Part shown: positions 51,400 to 52,757 of the stretch, piece after piece
Numbering within the stretch: position 1 is the stretch's first letter
Layout of the letters: every line of letters begins with the position of its first letter
NCBI GenBank assembly: GCA_000320545.1
Contig: ADNK01000416.1
Coordinates: forward strand, 1-52,757
Direction: 5' to 3'
Length of the DNA: 52,757 bases
DNA from: Bigelowiella natans CCMP2755
Taxonomy: Eukaryota > Protista > Cercozoa
The notes under the pieces: model-generated
The model's database searches: none
What the model saw: the letters and a program-made list of their open reading frames with translations, nothing else
What the model was told of the DNA's origin: nothing
Made by a program: the position numbers and the translations under genes

Positions 51400-52288
51400 A
51401 ACCATCTTCATTGCCGCATAGAGCAAAATGCCAGGGGTTTCATCTGTAAGACTTTCGTTGCATCTCGGAGAGGATTTCTTCCTCATAAACAGAGGAGAAT
51501 ATGACAAGAATTTCACCAGGAACTGATGTCGTAATCCAAATGTGTGAGACGAAAAGAGTGATAAATTTGCATATTTCATGCTGATTTTGGATTGTGTAAT
51601 CAAGGCGCAGTAGCTGGAAGATCGGATTCATAAATCTCTTTTTTGGATTCTACGCGAAATTGTACAAGAACACTACGAGAAACTATCTAAAATCTGCCAA
51701 ATACTTCCGACACTGCCCCAATAAATGTCGCAGCGACATCGACATCACCTCTCTTGCCGGTGTTGCCAGAAACTAGGTAGAGCGACGTATTAAAAATGTA
51801 CGAGAAAACTACAACAATCGTCGCAACAATTGCGACGATCATCCGTGAGATCACGACTGCACTAATCAAGCATTCATAGCGCTTGAATGACGGGCGAGGA
51901 TCCCGCTCTACCCTCCCCAACGGAGGCTGGTGAGTGAGTGTGAAACAATAATAGGGCCTTGCATCGAGGATAGGGGTTAGATGTTCGGTCTCTGATGGCT
52001 ACATACTGAGTAAGCGTCTGCTTAATTCAGGGTATGGATATGGGGACTGGCAAACATGGGTGAGCCTTTTTATCTTTCTCTGGGTCTGGCTCCTCATCTT
52101 CAAAAGTCGTTGGGAATGCCTTCCTATTGGCCGCCCAACAAGGTGGGGGAAAGTAGAAGTAGTGCAGGAATAAAACGTTTGCGATGATAGCAAGCAAGAA
52201 GAATGCGGAAGAAATTTGCCTGTTTCACTACATATCATTACCCGCCATTTCCACCACTTTCTCTCTCTCCTCCCCTTCTCTCTTCCTG

Positions 52289-52373
<85 letters not shown>

Positions 52374-52658
52374 ACCTCCCTCCCTCCCTCTCCCTCTCCC
52401 TCTCCCTCTCCCTCTCCCTCTCCCTCTCTCCCTCCAATTGAAACTGATTGAATCATTCACGATAACTATTCTACATATTGTAATGATTCCAGTGCAATGA
52501 TGGGCGCGGCATTGATGGTAATGGTCGGGGTTTTAAGCGCCCCAGAAGCTTTTGCCTGCATCGATGGCTCGACGCTAATGCTCCTCCTTGGCCTAATGAT
52601 GATTTTGGGTTGTGATTGCTCTTATCGGGCACACATATACACGCGCATCATCATATTA

Positions 52659-52731
<73 letters not shown>

Positions 52732-52757
52732 CGTGTGTGTGTGTGTGTGTGTGTGTG
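51400..52757 (-). CDS. Possible exons of a membrane protein, truncated by the window end
   Basis: Hydrophobic frame LISAVVISRMIVAIVATIVVVFSYIFNTSLYLVSG..AATFIGAVSEVFG (51690-51890) and an open frame at ~52490-52625. Not assembled. Confidence 0.3.
52281..52430. repeat. Long polypyrimidine tract: (CT)n followed by (CCCTCT)n
   Basis: Direct reading of the sequence. Confidence 0.95.

Overview
Eukaryotic, intron-rich nuclear DNA with microsatellite-laden introns. A signal-peptide plus transit-like leader on one gene suggests an alga with a secondary plastid (chlorarachniophyte-like; inference only). About 14 host genes were reconstructed by hand: an RS/RGG-rich protein, a Cys-cluster protein, an NYN-like RNase, a GT23/FUT8-like fucosyltransferase, a plastid-targeted SlyD-type+FKBP12-type double PPIase, an SH3/coiled-coil protein, a PX-BAR sorting nexin, histone H2B, an ankyrin protein, GCN5, a CPPED1-like phosphoesterase and several hypotheticals. 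One full-length Ty3/Gypsy LTR retrotransposon lies at 30219-35933 on the minus strand, with 326-bp LTRs identical by eye, a 4-bp GGCA TSD, PBS and PPT. Main unexplained signal: genes alternate in orientation almost perfectly, and nearly every tail-to-tail gap is a 0.5-1 kb island enriched in CTAG/TGCA/CATG palindromes. The retrotransposon sits inside one such island, and its integrase has non-canonical motif spacings and an unrecognised ~140-aa C-terminal domain cut off by a 1-nt frameshift. Exon boundaries and motif counts are manual and approximate unless stated otherwise.
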